Assembly: GCA_016650445.1 (NCBI GenBank)
Contig: JAENVS010000012.1
Location: 1,653-65,652 of the forward strand
From: Frankiaceae bacterium
GTDB taxonomy: Bacteria > Actinomycetota > Actinomycetes > Mycobacteriales > SCTD01
DNA: 64,000 nt
Direction of reading: 5' to 3'
How positions within the stretch are numbered: position 1 is the first letter of the stretch; every line of letters starts with the position of its first letter. Below the pieces are notes generated by a model. The model saw nothing but the letters and a program-made list of their open reading frames with translations, made no database searches and was not told the DNA's origin. The position numbers were made by a program, and so were the translations under genes. Positions 47,672 through 57,084 of this stretch are shown here, in pieces.

Positions 47672-49926
47672 GACCCGCCGTCCCGGCTGGCCGCGCCTTC
47701 GAGGAAGACAGCCCGCAGCAGGTCGTCGCGCGCGAGCAGGTCGGCGGCCGCGCCGTCGAAGCGCATCTCGCCCTTCTCCATGAAGTAGGCATGCTCGACG
47801 AGGCTGAGCGCGATGTTGACCGACTGCTCGACGAGCACGACGGCGGTGCCGGTGGCGTTGATCTGACGGACCATCACCAGCAGCTGCTCGATGATCACCG
47901 GAGCCAGGCCGAGCGAGAGCTCGTCGATGACGAGCAGGCGCGGCTTCATCACGAGCGCCTTGGACAGCCCCAGCATCTGCTGCTCGCCACCGGACAGCGT
48001 CGAGGCCAGCGAGTTGCGACGCTCGGCCAGCCGCGGGAAGGCTTCGAAGCACTCGTCCATGAGCGAGTCCAGCCCGCGACGGCCCTTGCCGAGCGAGTAG
48101 CCGTACGACCGGAGGTTCTCGACGACGGTGAGCGGTCCGAACACCGCACGACCGCCGGGGATCTGCGTGATGCCGAGACGGGTGCGCCGTTCGGCATCGA
48201 GGTAGGTGATGTCCTGGCCGCGGTACCGCACGCTGCCCGCCGTAGGCAGGCCGATGCCGCTGATCACCTTCAGCAGCGTCGACTTGCCTGCCCCGTTGGT
48301 GCCCAGCAGCGCGACCATCTCGCCGTCGTCGACTGTGAAGTCGACGTCGAAGAGCACCTGGAGTGGGCCGTAGGAGAAGTCGATGCCGCGACAGGACAGC
48401 ATCGGCAGCCGGCCACCGCTGGCGGTGATCCGCTTGATCTCCTCGTCCTCCAGCACCTCGTCGATCATCCGGTCGAGGTCGGGCCCGACGTACTTGCCGC
48501 AGTTGCGAAGCAACAGCGACCCGAGTACGCCGGGGACGAGCAGGCTGACCATCGCACCGGTGAGGCCGTAGCGGTTGCTGACGCTGCCCAGCAGCAGCGC
48601 GCCGGCGATGCCGCCGACCCCGCCGAGGAAGATGCCGTACAGCGCCGAGGCGTGCGGGCGCATGCGAGCGGGGACCACGGACAGCAGCGCGATCCCGAGA
48701 GCTGGTCCGAGCACCGCGATGACCGCATGCGACAGGGCGAACAGCGCCACGGCGATCACCACGTTGTCGACCAGTACGGCCACCACGATGAGCGTCACGC
48801 CGATGCCGAGCAGCAGACCCGCGACCTCCACCACGCGACCGGGGCTCTTGCGGAACATCTGCTCACCGATGCGGGCGAACAACACGAGTGCGACGACACC
48901 CGCGCCAGCCGTGCCGGCGAAGAACAGGCCACGCTCACCGGGTCCGAACCCGAGGTTCTCGTCGAGGTAGAAGCTCAGCACGGTGTTGTAAGGAATGAGC
49001 AGCAGGCCGAACACCGTGAACGCGACGAGCAGCCGCCGGATCGTCGGGATCAGCAGCAGGCGACGGACGATCTCGAAGAAGCCGAGGCTCACGTCATCCT
49101 GGCTGAGCTGCCTGTCCTCGCCGTGCAGCTCGTGGACGGCGGCACGGAGCTGGTCGGTGTCGTACTTGCCGAACCCGGGATCGCGCAGCCAGAGCGTCAG
49201 CGGCAGCACGGCCAGGCAAGCGATGCCGAAGACGAGGAACACGCCGCGCCAGGTGAAGCCCAGCGGACCGGCGAGCAACGCGACCGCGAGCGGTGCGAGC
49301 ACGTTGCCGAACCGACCGATCGCTCCGTAGAAGCTCAGGGCCCGCACCCGCGCCTGCGGCGGATAGCTGTCGATGAGCAGCGGTTGGTGAAGGGCCGACA
49401 CGCTGCCCGAGCTGAGCCCGTCGAGCACCAGGACGAAGGCCAGCCCCCATACGGAGACGACGAAGCCGGTGTAGAGCGTCACGACGGCCCACACCGCGGC
49501 CGTGAGGATGCAGACCATCGCGCGCCGCGGGCGCCGCTGCACGTAGGCCGCCATGAACAGGGGCGCTGTGGCGATGGCCAGGAACTGCAGGGCGGTGAGC
49601 GCGCCGATGCTGCCGATGCCGATGCCGAGGGACCGGCTGATCTCGGGGCGCAGGACGTCGAACCCGTAGCCCTGGAACTGGTCGACGACGAACAGCGTGC
49701 CGAGGATGCCCACGGGGTAGACGGTGAGGCCGTGCGGACGCAGGGCTTCCCGCAGCGGAGGCGGCTTCGAGTCGTCCCCCGTGACTCCGAGCGTGCGCCG
49801 GGCCTCGTCGCGCAACCGCTCGCGGGTCTCGCTGACCTCCCCGACGAGCCGCTCGGCCTCGTGCACCTTCGCGAGGTGCGCTGTCTCGCCCGACGTCCCC
49901 AGTCGGTTCGGCGGAGCGACGGTCAC
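47668..49926 (-). CDS. MFS-like 12-TM domain fused to LivF-type ABC ATPase
   Basis: N-terminal about 470 aa is polytopic with an MFS motif-A-like YVQRRPRR. The C-terminus has GTNGAGKST, LSGGEQQ, LLVIDELSLGL. Confidence 0.8.
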   Translation of the reverse strand: MTVAPPNRLGTSGETAHLAKVHEAERLVGEVSETRERLRDEARRTLGVTGDDSKPPPLREALRPHGLTVYPVGILGTLFVVDQFQGYGFDVLRPEISRSLGIGIGSIGALTALQFLAIATAPLFMAAYVQRRPRRAMVCILTAAVWAVVTLYTGFVVSVWGLAFVLVLDGLSSGSVSALHQPLLIDSYPPQARVRALSFYGAIGRFGNVLAPLAVALLAGPLGFTWRGVFLVFGIACLAVLPLTLWLRDPGFGKYDTDQLRAAVHELHGEDRQLSQDDVSLGFFEIVRRLLLIPTIRRLLVAFTVFGLLLIPYNTVLSFYLDENLGFGPGERGLFFAGTAGAGVVALVLFARIGEQMFRKSPGRVVEVAGLLLGIGVTLIVVAVLVDNVVIAVALFALSHAVIAVLGPALGIALLSVVPARMRPHASALYGIFLGGVGGIAGALLLGSVSNRYGLTGAMVSLLVPGVLGSLLLRNCGKYVGPDLDRMIDEVLEDEEIKRITASGGRLPMLSCRGIDFSYGPLQVLFDVDFTVDDGEMVALLGTNGAGKSTLLKVISGIGLPTAGSVRYRGQDITYLDAERRTRLGITQIPGGRAVFGPLTVVENLRSYGYSLGKGRRGLDSLMDECFEAFPRLAERRNSLASTLSGGEQQMLGLSKALVMKPRLLVIDELSLGLAPVIIEQLLVMVRQINATGTAVVLVEQSVNIALSLVEHAYFMEKGEMRFDGAAADLLARDDLLRAVFLEGAASRDGGS

Positions 49927-50456
49927 GACAGTCCCTGCCTGCGGACGATGACGTCGAGCTCGTAAGCGCTCTCACCGATGCGCTTGCCCGACGGGTCGAG
50001 GAGGATGACGGTGATGCTGTGCCGCTCCTTGCGGTCGTTGTCCTGGGACGGCCGCGGCAGCTGCTCGAAGGTGAGGTGCGTGTCCGTCGTACTGAAGATG
50101 TGCCGCGTGGCGAGGTACTCGGCATCGGGGCAGCCATCGGCCGGACGACAGGTCCGGTCCTTGCGCGCAATCCAGGCCAGCGGCTTTCCCGGCGGCTGGG
50201 GCGTCTGGTCCACGAACACCGCGAAGTAGCCGCTCCGGCTTCCACTCGCCTGCCCGCCGGGTCCGACGACGGTGAAGTCGCGCATCTCCCACGACACCGT
50301 GAGCGGAAGCGACACCTCCGCACGGTCCCCGGGCGAGGTGAACGTCAGGCGGTCGTCGACCCGGAAGGCGAGCCCCTGAGGCACGCAGGCCGCGACCAGC
50401 AGCAGGCAGCAGGCAGCCGCCAGCCCGGTCCCGCCGCTCCGCGCCCTTGGCCGCAC
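49923..50456 (-). CDS. Small lipoprotein of unknown function
   Basis: GTG 50456 preceded by GGGAGGAG. Lipobox LLLVAAC. Stop overlaps the next start (GTGA). Confidence 0.6.
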   Translation of the reverse strand: MRPRARSGGTGLAAACCLLLVAACVPQGLAFRVDDRLTFTSPGDRAEVSLPLTVSWEMRDFTVVGPGGQASGSRSGYFAVFVDQTPQPPGKPLAWIARKDRTCRPADGCPDAEYLATRHIFSTTDTHLTFEQLPRPSQDNDRKERHSITVILLDPSGKRIGESAYELDVIVRRQGLS

Positions 50457-50528
50457 CTGTCTCCTCCCTGGGTGTGCTGCCCGACATGCTGCCCCGCGGG
50501 CCCGGGGGTGGCGTTGTTGCCCCACCCC

Positions 50529-50546
50529 AACCTCGGCGCCGAGGTT
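50529..50546. promoter_or_regulatory. Perfect 18-bp palindrome AACCTCGGCGCCGAGGTT
   Basis: Lies in the divergent intergenic region between the ABC operon and the GNAT-NSAR operon. Confidence 0.4.
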
Positions 50547-50667
50547 CGGTGATCAGGACGAACGCGTCCCTTTCGCGGCGGTCATGGGGCGGTCGGACGA
50601 ACGCGAGCGACCCGCTTGGGAGAGGCGGACGAGGACAGATGCGCCCGAGTGCGGCACCGTCGTACGG

Positions 50668-51564
50668 GTGACGAGCGAGACCCGCGTGCGCCGAGGCCAG
50701 GATGCCACGGCGGTCGACGCGGCCGAGGCAGCTGCCCGCACCGCGGGACAGGCCGGCGTCAGCCTGACGGAGCTGCGCGACCTCGCCGGCCTGCAGGCGG
50801 CCGCAGCGCTGTACCAGGACGTCTGGCAGACCGACACCCGCGCGGCCCCGGTCTCGCCCGACCTGATGCGCGCGCTGTCGCACGCCGGTGGCTACGTCGC
50901 CGGCGCGTACGACGGCGATCGGCTCGTCGCCGCCAGCCTCGCCTTCCACACCGGCAACGACGAGGCGGGGCTGCACTCGCACATCTCCGCGGTCGCTCCC
51001 GACGTGCAGGGGCGCGACGTCGGCCGAGCCCTGAAGCTGCACCAGCGGGCCTGGGCGCTAGAGCGCGGGCTTCGCACGATCAGCTGGACCTACGACCCGC
51101 TGATCAGCCGCAATGCGTGGTTCAACGTCACCAAGCTCGGCGCCCGCGCCATCGGCTACCTCGTCGACTTCTACGGCGCGATGGACGACGCGCAGAACGC
51201 CGGGGACGGCGGGAGCGATCGCGCGGTCGCGCTCTGGGACCTGGGGGCGACCTATGTCCGCGACGCCGCCGCCGGCCACCGCCGGGAGCTCGACGTCAAC
51301 GACCTGCTGCGGGCCGGCGCTCTCATCGGCCTGCAGACCGACGCCGACGGGAAGCCGGAGATGTCGCGAGTTCCGGCCGGCGCGGCCTGCGTCCTCGTGC
51401 AAGTGCCCGACGACATCCAGCAGCTCCGCCGTACCGACCCGCTGCTCGCCAGCCGGTGGCGAGCGACGAGCCGCGAGGTCCTCGAGCCCCTGCTTGCAGG
51501 TCCGTATGTCACGACCGGGTTCACGCGCACCGGCTGGTACGTCCTCGAGGAGACCCCGTCATGA
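50668..51564 (+). CDS. GNAT-like acyltransferase associated with NSAR/OSBS
   Basis: Acetyltransferase-like core (VQGRDVGRALKLHQRAWALERG). Stop overlaps the next start (ATGA). GTG 50668 proposed as start. Confidence 0.6.
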   Translation: MTSETRVRRGQDATAVDAAEAAARTAGQAGVSLTELRDLAGLQAAAALYQDVWQTDTRAAPVSPDLMRALSHAGGYVAGAYDGDRLVAASLAFHTGNDEAGLHSHISAVAPDVQGRDVGRALKLHQRAWALERGLRTISWTYDPLISRNAWFNVTKLGARAIGYLVDFYGAMDDAQNAGDGGSDRAVALWDLGATYVRDAAAGHRRELDVNDLLRAGALIGLQTDADGKPEMSRVPAGAACVLVQVPDDIQQLRRTDPLLASRWRATSREVLEPLLAGPYVTTGFTRTGWYVLEETPS

Positions 51565-52673
51565 AGCTGTCCGCCCTCGAGCTGCACCGCGTGCGGCTCC
51601 CCCTCGTCGCACCGTTTCGGACGTCGTTCGGCACCCAGGTGACCCGCGAGGTCGTGCTCGTCCGCGTCGAGACCCCTGACGCCGAGGGCTGGGGCGAGTG
51701 CGTCGCGATGGAGGAGCCGCTCTACAGCCCGGAGTACGTCGACTCCGCGGCGGAGGTCATCACCCGCTTCCTCGTCCCGCGGCTCGTCGCGCTCGGCGAC
51801 GGGCTGACCGCCGGCAAGGTCGCGACCGCACTGGAGCCGGTCAAGGGCCACCCGATGGCGAAGGCCGCCCTCGAGCTCGCCCTGCTCGACGCCGAGCTGA
51901 GGGCAGCAGGCCGCTCGTTCGCCGACGAGATCGGCGCCGTGAAGGACGCCGTCCCCTCCGGGGTGAGTGTCGGGATCATGGACTCGATCCCGCAGCTCCT
52001 CGACGCCGTCGGGCAGTACGTCGACCAGGGCTACGTGCGCATCAAGCTGAAGATCGAGCCCGGCTGGGACGTCGAGCCGGTGGCGGCCGTCCGCGAGCGC
52101 TTCGGCGACATCCCGCTGCAGGTCGACGCCAACACGGCGTACACCCTTGGTGACGCCCGCCACCTCGCCAAGCTCGACCCGTTCGACCTCCTGCTGATCG
52201 AGCAGCCGCTGCCCGAGGACGACGTGCGCGGCCATGCCGCGCTCGCCACGCAGATCAGTACGCCGGTCTGCCTCGACGAGTCGATCGTCTCGGCCCGCGC
52301 GGCCGCTGACGCGATCGCGATCGGTGCCTGCTCGATCGTGAACATCAAGGCCGGCCGGGTGGGTGGCTACCTCGAGGCGCGCCGGGTGCATGACGTGTGC
52401 CGCGCTAACGGCATCGCGGTGTGGTGCGGCGGCATGCTCGAGACCGGCATCGGCCGCGCCGCCAACGTGGCGCTCGCGGCGCTGCCCGGCTTCACGTTGC
52501 CCGGTGACACGTCGGCGTCGGACCGCTACTACCAGCAGGACGTGACGGCGCCGTTCGTGCTGGAGCAGGGTCATGTCCGCGTCCCGACCGGACCCGGCCT
52601 CGGCGTGACCGTGGACCGCGCGTTCCTCACCGAGATCACGTCGTCGGTGACGCAGGTCCCACTCTCCGTCTGA
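51561..52673 (+). CDS. o-Succinylbenzoate synthase / N-acylamino acid racemase (enolase superfamily)
   Basis: KLK, DAN, IEQP, DES, KxG-type catalytic and metal motifs (IKLKIEPGWD, QVDANTAY, LIEQPL, CLDES, NIKAGRVGG). Confidence 0.85.
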   Translation: MKLSALELHRVRLPLVAPFRTSFGTQVTREVVLVRVETPDAEGWGECVAMEEPLYSPEYVDSAAEVITRFLVPRLVALGDGLTAGKVATALEPVKGHPMAKAALELALLDAELRAAGRSFADEIGAVKDAVPSGVSVGIMDSIPQLLDAVGQYVDQGYVRIKLKIEPGWDVEPVAAVRERFGDIPLQVDANTAYTLGDARHLAKLDPFDLLLIEQPLPEDDVRGHAALATQISTPVCLDESIVSARAAADAIAIGACSIVNIKAGRVGGYLEARRVHDVCRANGIAVWCGGMLETGIGRAANVALAALPGFTLPGDTSASDRYYQQDVTAPFVLEQGHVRVPTGPGLGVTVDRAFLTEITSSVTQVPLSV

Positions 52674-52674
52674 G

Positions 52675-53703
52675 TCAGGCGGTCACGAGCTCGCGGGTCA
52701 TCGCCCGCGCGAGCCAGCCCGCTGCGGCGATGAGCACGAGCGGAAGCAGGAACACGCCGGGGTAGGCGAACCGGCCGGTGCCGACGAACGCCTGCGGCTG
52801 GATCTGCTGCGGGACAGCCGCGGCCTGCGGAACCGCGACCGGCTGCACGACGGGCGCGGGCGCCGCAGGGATCGAGACCGGCTGAGGCGCGAGCGGCGGC
52901 GCGGCGAACGATGCCGACCCGGAGCCGAAGCCGGAGTCGGCGGGTGCACCGGTCTCCAGGTCGGGCGAGTCGAACGATGAGTCGTCGCTGTCGGCGGCGC
53001 CGGAGGCGTACGCAACCGTCGCGGTCGGCGCGGGAACGGTGGAGCCGACGCGGTCGTGCGCCGACAGCGCGACGTGCCACGCCGAGCTCGGCGCGGTGTC
53101 CGTCGCGGGCACGATCGCGATCCCCTGCTGGGCCGCACCCGTCGTCCAGGCGCTGGCGAACGGCGCGAGATCCACCGCGAACTGGGCGGGTGCCGTGGCG
53201 GTCGCGGCGACGAGCTTGGCCGGTGCAGCGGCCTTCTTGCAGTCGATCGCGGGCGGCTTGTCGGTCGAGCCCTCGACATCGTCCTTGAACGACTCCGTGA
53301 CCAGGCACGCCTGCAGGCTCGCCGTGTCCGGCGCTCGCGACCCGTCTTCCATGTCCGCGATCGGCAGGTGCAACGTGCCACCCGTCAGCGCCGTGCCGGC
53401 CGGCAGGTTGAGCAGGTTCAGCGACAGGTACGTGCGCGACTCCTCCTGGCCGGCGCCCACGCCGATGTGCAGCGTCTTCGAGGGGTACGGCGGAGCCGGC
53501 GCCCCGGCCGGCAGGCAGCCGGTCGGGCTGGCCGTGCATGCCGACGAGATGCTGAACCACGCGTCCGACTGCGTCTTGACGAGGAGCGTTCCGCTGCTGG
53601 CCCCGCCATCGGGTGGCGCGGCCGCAGCGGGTGCGGCGAGCAGCACGACCAGCGGGGCCGCGAGGCAGGCGGCGGCCGCCGAGCGTGCGATTCGTCGTGC
53701 CAT
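52675..53703 (-). CDS. Secreted Ala/Pro-rich protein with C-terminal TM anchor
   Basis: Signal peptide MARRIARSAAAACLAAPLVVLLAAPAAAA and C-terminal hydrophobic segment. No domain recognised. Confidence 0.55.
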   Translation of the reverse strand: MARRIARSAAAACLAAPLVVLLAAPAAAAPPDGGASSGTLLVKTQSDAWFSISSACTASPTGCLPAGAPAPPYPSKTLHIGVGAGQEESRTYLSLNLLNLPAGTALTGGTLHLPIADMEDGSRAPDTASLQACLVTESFKDDVEGSTDKPPAIDCKKAAAPAKLVAATATAPAQFAVDLAPFASAWTTGAAQQGIAIVPATDTAPSSAWHVALSAHDRVGSTVPAPTATVAYASGAADSDDSSFDSPDLETGAPADSGFGSGSASFAAPPLAPQPVSIPAAPAPVVQPVAVPQAAAVPQQIQPQAFVGTGRFAYPGVFLLPLVLIAAAGWLARAMTRELVTA

Positions 53704-53794
53704 GTCCGTAGTGTCCCCCGTTCCACGCCGCGATGCCATGGGTGATCGCGACGAACAACGGTGCCGCAGGCTGGAACCTCGCACAACCGCGCGC

Positions 53795-55378
53795 TCAGAA
53801 GGCCTGCGCGTCCCCGGTGCCCGCTCGGGGGTCACTCGCACCCGCGAGCATCCCGTCACCCGTGGTGCGAGCGAGGTGGGCGTGCCCGAAGCCGCGGCCG
53901 CGATCCGCGCGCGTCACCCGGTGACCGCGCGCCAGCAACGCCTCCTCCCACTCCGGCGGCGCCGCGTGCTCGAGCGCGACCGCCGGCGCGACGGAGCCGT
54001 CGGGCCAGGGCTCCCAGGCGTCGAACCCGTCGCTGCGAGGACCGGTCACGACCCATCGCGGGCGACCGAGGGCGGCCGCCGGCGTCGCGCCGGTCCCGAG
54101 CGCCGCCATCAGCTGCAGGAGCACCTGGGGCTGGGCGTCACCACCCATGGTCCCGATCGCGGTCGGCGCGCCGTCGGGTCCGAGCAGCATCGAGGGGCAG
54201 AGCGTGTGCGTAGGCCGGCGGCCCGGGCCGAGCTCAGCAGGATGGCCCGGCTGGAGGGAGAAGCCGATCCCCCTGTTGTGCAGGAAGACACCGACCTCCG
54301 GCACCGCCAGGTGCGCGCCGAAGCCGGCCGCGTTCGACTGCGACAGGGAGACCGTCATGCCGTCGCCGTCGGCGGCGCACAGGTAGATCGTGCCGCCCCC
54401 CTCGACCGGGACGCGAAGGTCGAGTGCGCGATCGGGGCGGATGCGCGCCGCGCGCGCGTCGAGGTCAGCCGGGTCGAGCAGCACCTGCCACGGCACGCCG
54501 TCGGCGAGCCGGGCGGGCCGGTCGTGCCCCGTCACGCGCACCGCTTCGACGAGCAGGTGCGGGTCGTCCGCCGCAGCGGCGAGTGCTCCGACCTGGTGCG
54601 CGACCTTGGCGCCCGCGAGTACGAGATATCCGGCCGTCGGCGTCGGTGTGGACAGGACGTGCCCGTCGCCGACGGCAAGGGAGGCGGGCTCGGTCCACTC
54701 CGCCTGATCCCTTGCCAGATCTGCCTCGGTGAACACGCCCTGGCCGACGGCGACCAGGCCACGGCCGAACGCGCCGCCGTACCAAGCCTCCCGTCCTTCC
54801 GTGCCGATCGCGGTCAGCGCGTCGGCGAGCCGTGGCCGCCGCAGCAGCGTGCCCACAACGGCCGGCACGTGGAAGTCCTCACCGCCGCGCACGCCGGCGA
54901 CGACCGGCATCGCGGTCGCGAGCAACGGCGACACCGGGAAGCCATCGGTGGCGTAGCCGATGGCGGGGGCGAGCACCTGTGCGAACGGCAGCCGCCCGTA
55001 CGCCGAGTGCAGGGCGAGCCAGCCATCGACGCAGCCCGGCGCCGTGACCGTGCGGACGTCGTCCCGGAACGGCATCCGGGTGTGCCCCTCGCCGCGCAGC
55101 CGGTCAGGGTCGGACCCCGAGCCGGCACGGCCCACGGCCAGCAGCGCTCGCGCCTCGCCCCGGCCCCGGCCCGGGTGCACGACGGCGAGCAGGTCGCCGC
55201 CGGCGCCACACATGTGCTGCGTCGTCACGGCCAGGACCGCACTCGCTGCGACCGCGGCATCGGCGGCGGAGCCGCCGGCGCGCAGGACGGCGATGCCCGC
55301 CGACGACGCGAGGTGGTCGACGGTGCAGACCAAGCCGCCGCGGGCGTAGCGCGTCGCGTCCGGCCAGTCGCTAGCCAA
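53795..55378 (-). CDS. Gamma-glutamyltransferase family protein
   Basis: GGSAADAAVA.., GGT nucleophile region (GGGTIYLCAAD), GTMGGDAQPQ. TTG 55378 proposed as start. Confidence 0.8.
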   Translation of the reverse strand: MASDWPDATRYARGGLVCTVDHLASSAGIAVLRAGGSAADAAVAASAVLAVTTQHMCGAGGDLLAVVHPGRGRGEARALLAVGRAGSGSDPDRLRGEGHTRMPFRDDVRTVTAPGCVDGWLALHSAYGRLPFAQVLAPAIGYATDGFPVSPLLATAMPVVAGVRGGEDFHVPAVVGTLLRRPRLADALTAIGTEGREAWYGGAFGRGLVAVGQGVFTEADLARDQAEWTEPASLAVGDGHVLSTPTPTAGYLVLAGAKVAHQVGALAAAADDPHLLVEAVRVTGHDRPARLADGVPWQVLLDPADLDARAARIRPDRALDLRVPVEGGGTIYLCAADGDGMTVSLSQSNAAGFGAHLAVPEVGVFLHNRGIGFSLQPGHPAELGPGRRPTHTLCPSMLLGPDGAPTAIGTMGGDAQPQVLLQLMAALGTGATPAAALGRPRWVVTGPRSDGFDAWEPWPDGSVAPAVALEHAAPPEWEEALLARGHRVTRADRGRGFGHAHLARTTGDGMLAGASDPRAGTGDAQAF

Positions 55379-57068
55379 CGACAGGGGTGAACACACCGGC
55401 CGGCTGGACGACGAGCTTCTCGACGCTGCCGTCCGCTGCGAGCACGAAGTCCAGGCGGGTGCCGGACTGGCCGGGCACGTCGAAGTGCGTCGCGTCCCGG
55501 GCGGTGAGCGCAACCGGCTTGCCGCCGGCGACCGCCGCCTGCAGCGCACCGTCGACGACCGTGACGACCGCCGTCAGGGGACCCATCTCATAGGTTCCCG
55601 CCAGCCGATCGAGCTCTGCCTTGTCGAGCTGCGGGGGTTGCCGGGCGAAGAAGATCGGGTCCACCGCGGGCTCGAGACCGATCTCGATGCCCGCGATCCC
55701 GTCGTACGCCGGTCGGAACACGAACGGCATCGCCGTGTCCTCGTAGTGGCTGCCGAGCAGCAGGTCCCAGCTGTCGCGGTCGCGGTGCCGCAGCTCGATG
55801 GTGTCGAGCCCGTGCCACTCGGGCACCAGAACATCGCCATCGACGCGGACGACGAACTCGTCGTACGCCGGATGCGTGTAGGTGCCGGCGAACTCCTGGA
55901 GCGGACGGCTGGGCGGCCGACCCGCGGCTGCGGTCGCGTTGTGCGCCGAGGCGGCCCGCATGCCGCCCTTGAACGCGCTCATGAGCTCGAACAACCGCGC
56001 CCCCCACGGTTCGGGCTCGAGGCCGAGCAGCCGGTCGAAGATATCGAGCGGCAGGGACGTGCGGATGCCCGAGCTGTGCGCGTTGGCCAGCACGACGACG
56101 GCGTGGCCGGCCTCGGGTGCGAGGTAGACGTCGGAGCAGAAGCCGTGCAGGTTGCCGCCGTGGTGCACCAACCGGTGCCCGCGGTAGGACTCCACCGAGG
56201 CGGCCAGTCCATAGCCGAGGCTGTGCATCCCCGGCAGGTCGAGCGGGGTGGGCGGCTTGACCATCGCCGGCGAGTGCAGCTCGCGCAGGGCGTTGCCGGT
56301 AAGCAGCTTCGTGCCGTCAGGGAGCGGGACCTCGAGGCGCGCGAGCACCCAGCTGGCCATCTCCTCGGCGTTGGACCAGATGCCACCCGCCGGCCCGTGC
56401 GACCCGTCGCCGAGGTCGGGCACGGCGACGTTCTCGCCGGTGAGATCGGTGTACGGCGTGGCGTAGTCGCCGCTCGCATGCGCGGACCTGCGACCGTTCG
56501 TGGTGCGCTTCATGCCGAGGCGGTCGAACAGCCGCGCCTGGAGCGTCGCCTCCCAGTCGGAGCCGCCGAGCACACCGGCGATGTAGCCCGCTGTCGTGTA
56601 ACAGAGGTTGTTGTACTGCCAGGTCTGCCGCAGCGGCGTCGACGGCTGGAGGTGACGCAGCCGGCGTACGACCTCCTCCGACGGGGGCGTCTTGGTGCCG
56701 AACCACAGGGCGTCGTGCCGCGGCAGCCCGGTGCGGTGCGCAAGCAGGTCACGCATGCTGACCAGCTCGGTCGCGTGCGGGTCCTGCATGCGGAACCACG
56801 GCAGGACGTCGCGGATCGGCGCGTCCCACTCGAGCTTGCCCTCGTCGACGAAGGTCGCGCAGAGCGCTGCGGTGAACGCCTTGCTGTCCGACGCGATCGC
56901 GAAGAGCGTCTCTGGTGTCGCCGGTTCGTCCTTCTCCAGGTTGCGCGATCCGAAGCCCTCGGAGAGAAGGACCTCTCGGTTCCGGACGACGACGACGGAG
57001 AGCCCCGCGACGCCGAAGCGCTCTCGCTCCTGCTCGATGAGGTCACGCAGCTGCTGCACGTCGGTCAC
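55371..57068 (-). CDS. Beta-lactamase-fold serine hydrolase (class C/PBP4*-like) with C-terminal extra domain
   Basis: SDSK (SxxK), YNN-like and HGG motifs. 565 aa. Confidence 0.85.
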   Translation of the reverse strand: MTDVQQLRDLIEQERERFGVAGLSVVVVRNREVLLSEGFGSRNLEKDEPATPETLFAIASDSKAFTAALCATFVDEGKLEWDAPIRDVLPWFRMQDPHATELVSMRDLLAHRTGLPRHDALWFGTKTPPSEEVVRRLRHLQPSTPLRQTWQYNNLCYTTAGYIAGVLGGSDWEATLQARLFDRLGMKRTTNGRRSAHASGDYATPYTDLTGENVAVPDLGDGSHGPAGGIWSNAEEMASWVLARLEVPLPDGTKLLTGNALRELHSPAMVKPPTPLDLPGMHSLGYGLAASVESYRGHRLVHHGGNLHGFCSDVYLAPEAGHAVVVLANAHSSGIRTSLPLDIFDRLLGLEPEPWGARLFELMSAFKGGMRAASAHNATAAAGRPPSRPLQEFAGTYTHPAYDEFVVRVDGDVLVPEWHGLDTIELRHRDRDSWDLLLGSHYEDTAMPFVFRPAYDGIAGIEIGLEPAVDPIFFARQPPQLDKAELDRLAGTYEMGPLTAVVTVVDGALQAAVAGGKPVALTARDATHFDVPGQSGTRLDFVLAADGSVEKLVVQPAGVFTPVVG

Positions 57069-57084
57069 GGGGCTCCTGATCGGG

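Noticed and set aside
47647-49965. Long plus-strand ORFs (772 aa here; also 53039-55390 at 783 aa, 56692-58935 at 747 aa, 6309-8024 minus at 571 aa, and 9625-11103)
   Set aside because: All lie antisense to genes with clear family motifs. They have Arg/Gly/Asp/His-rich low-complexity translations and no recognisable domains. I treat them as GC-driven shadow ORFs.
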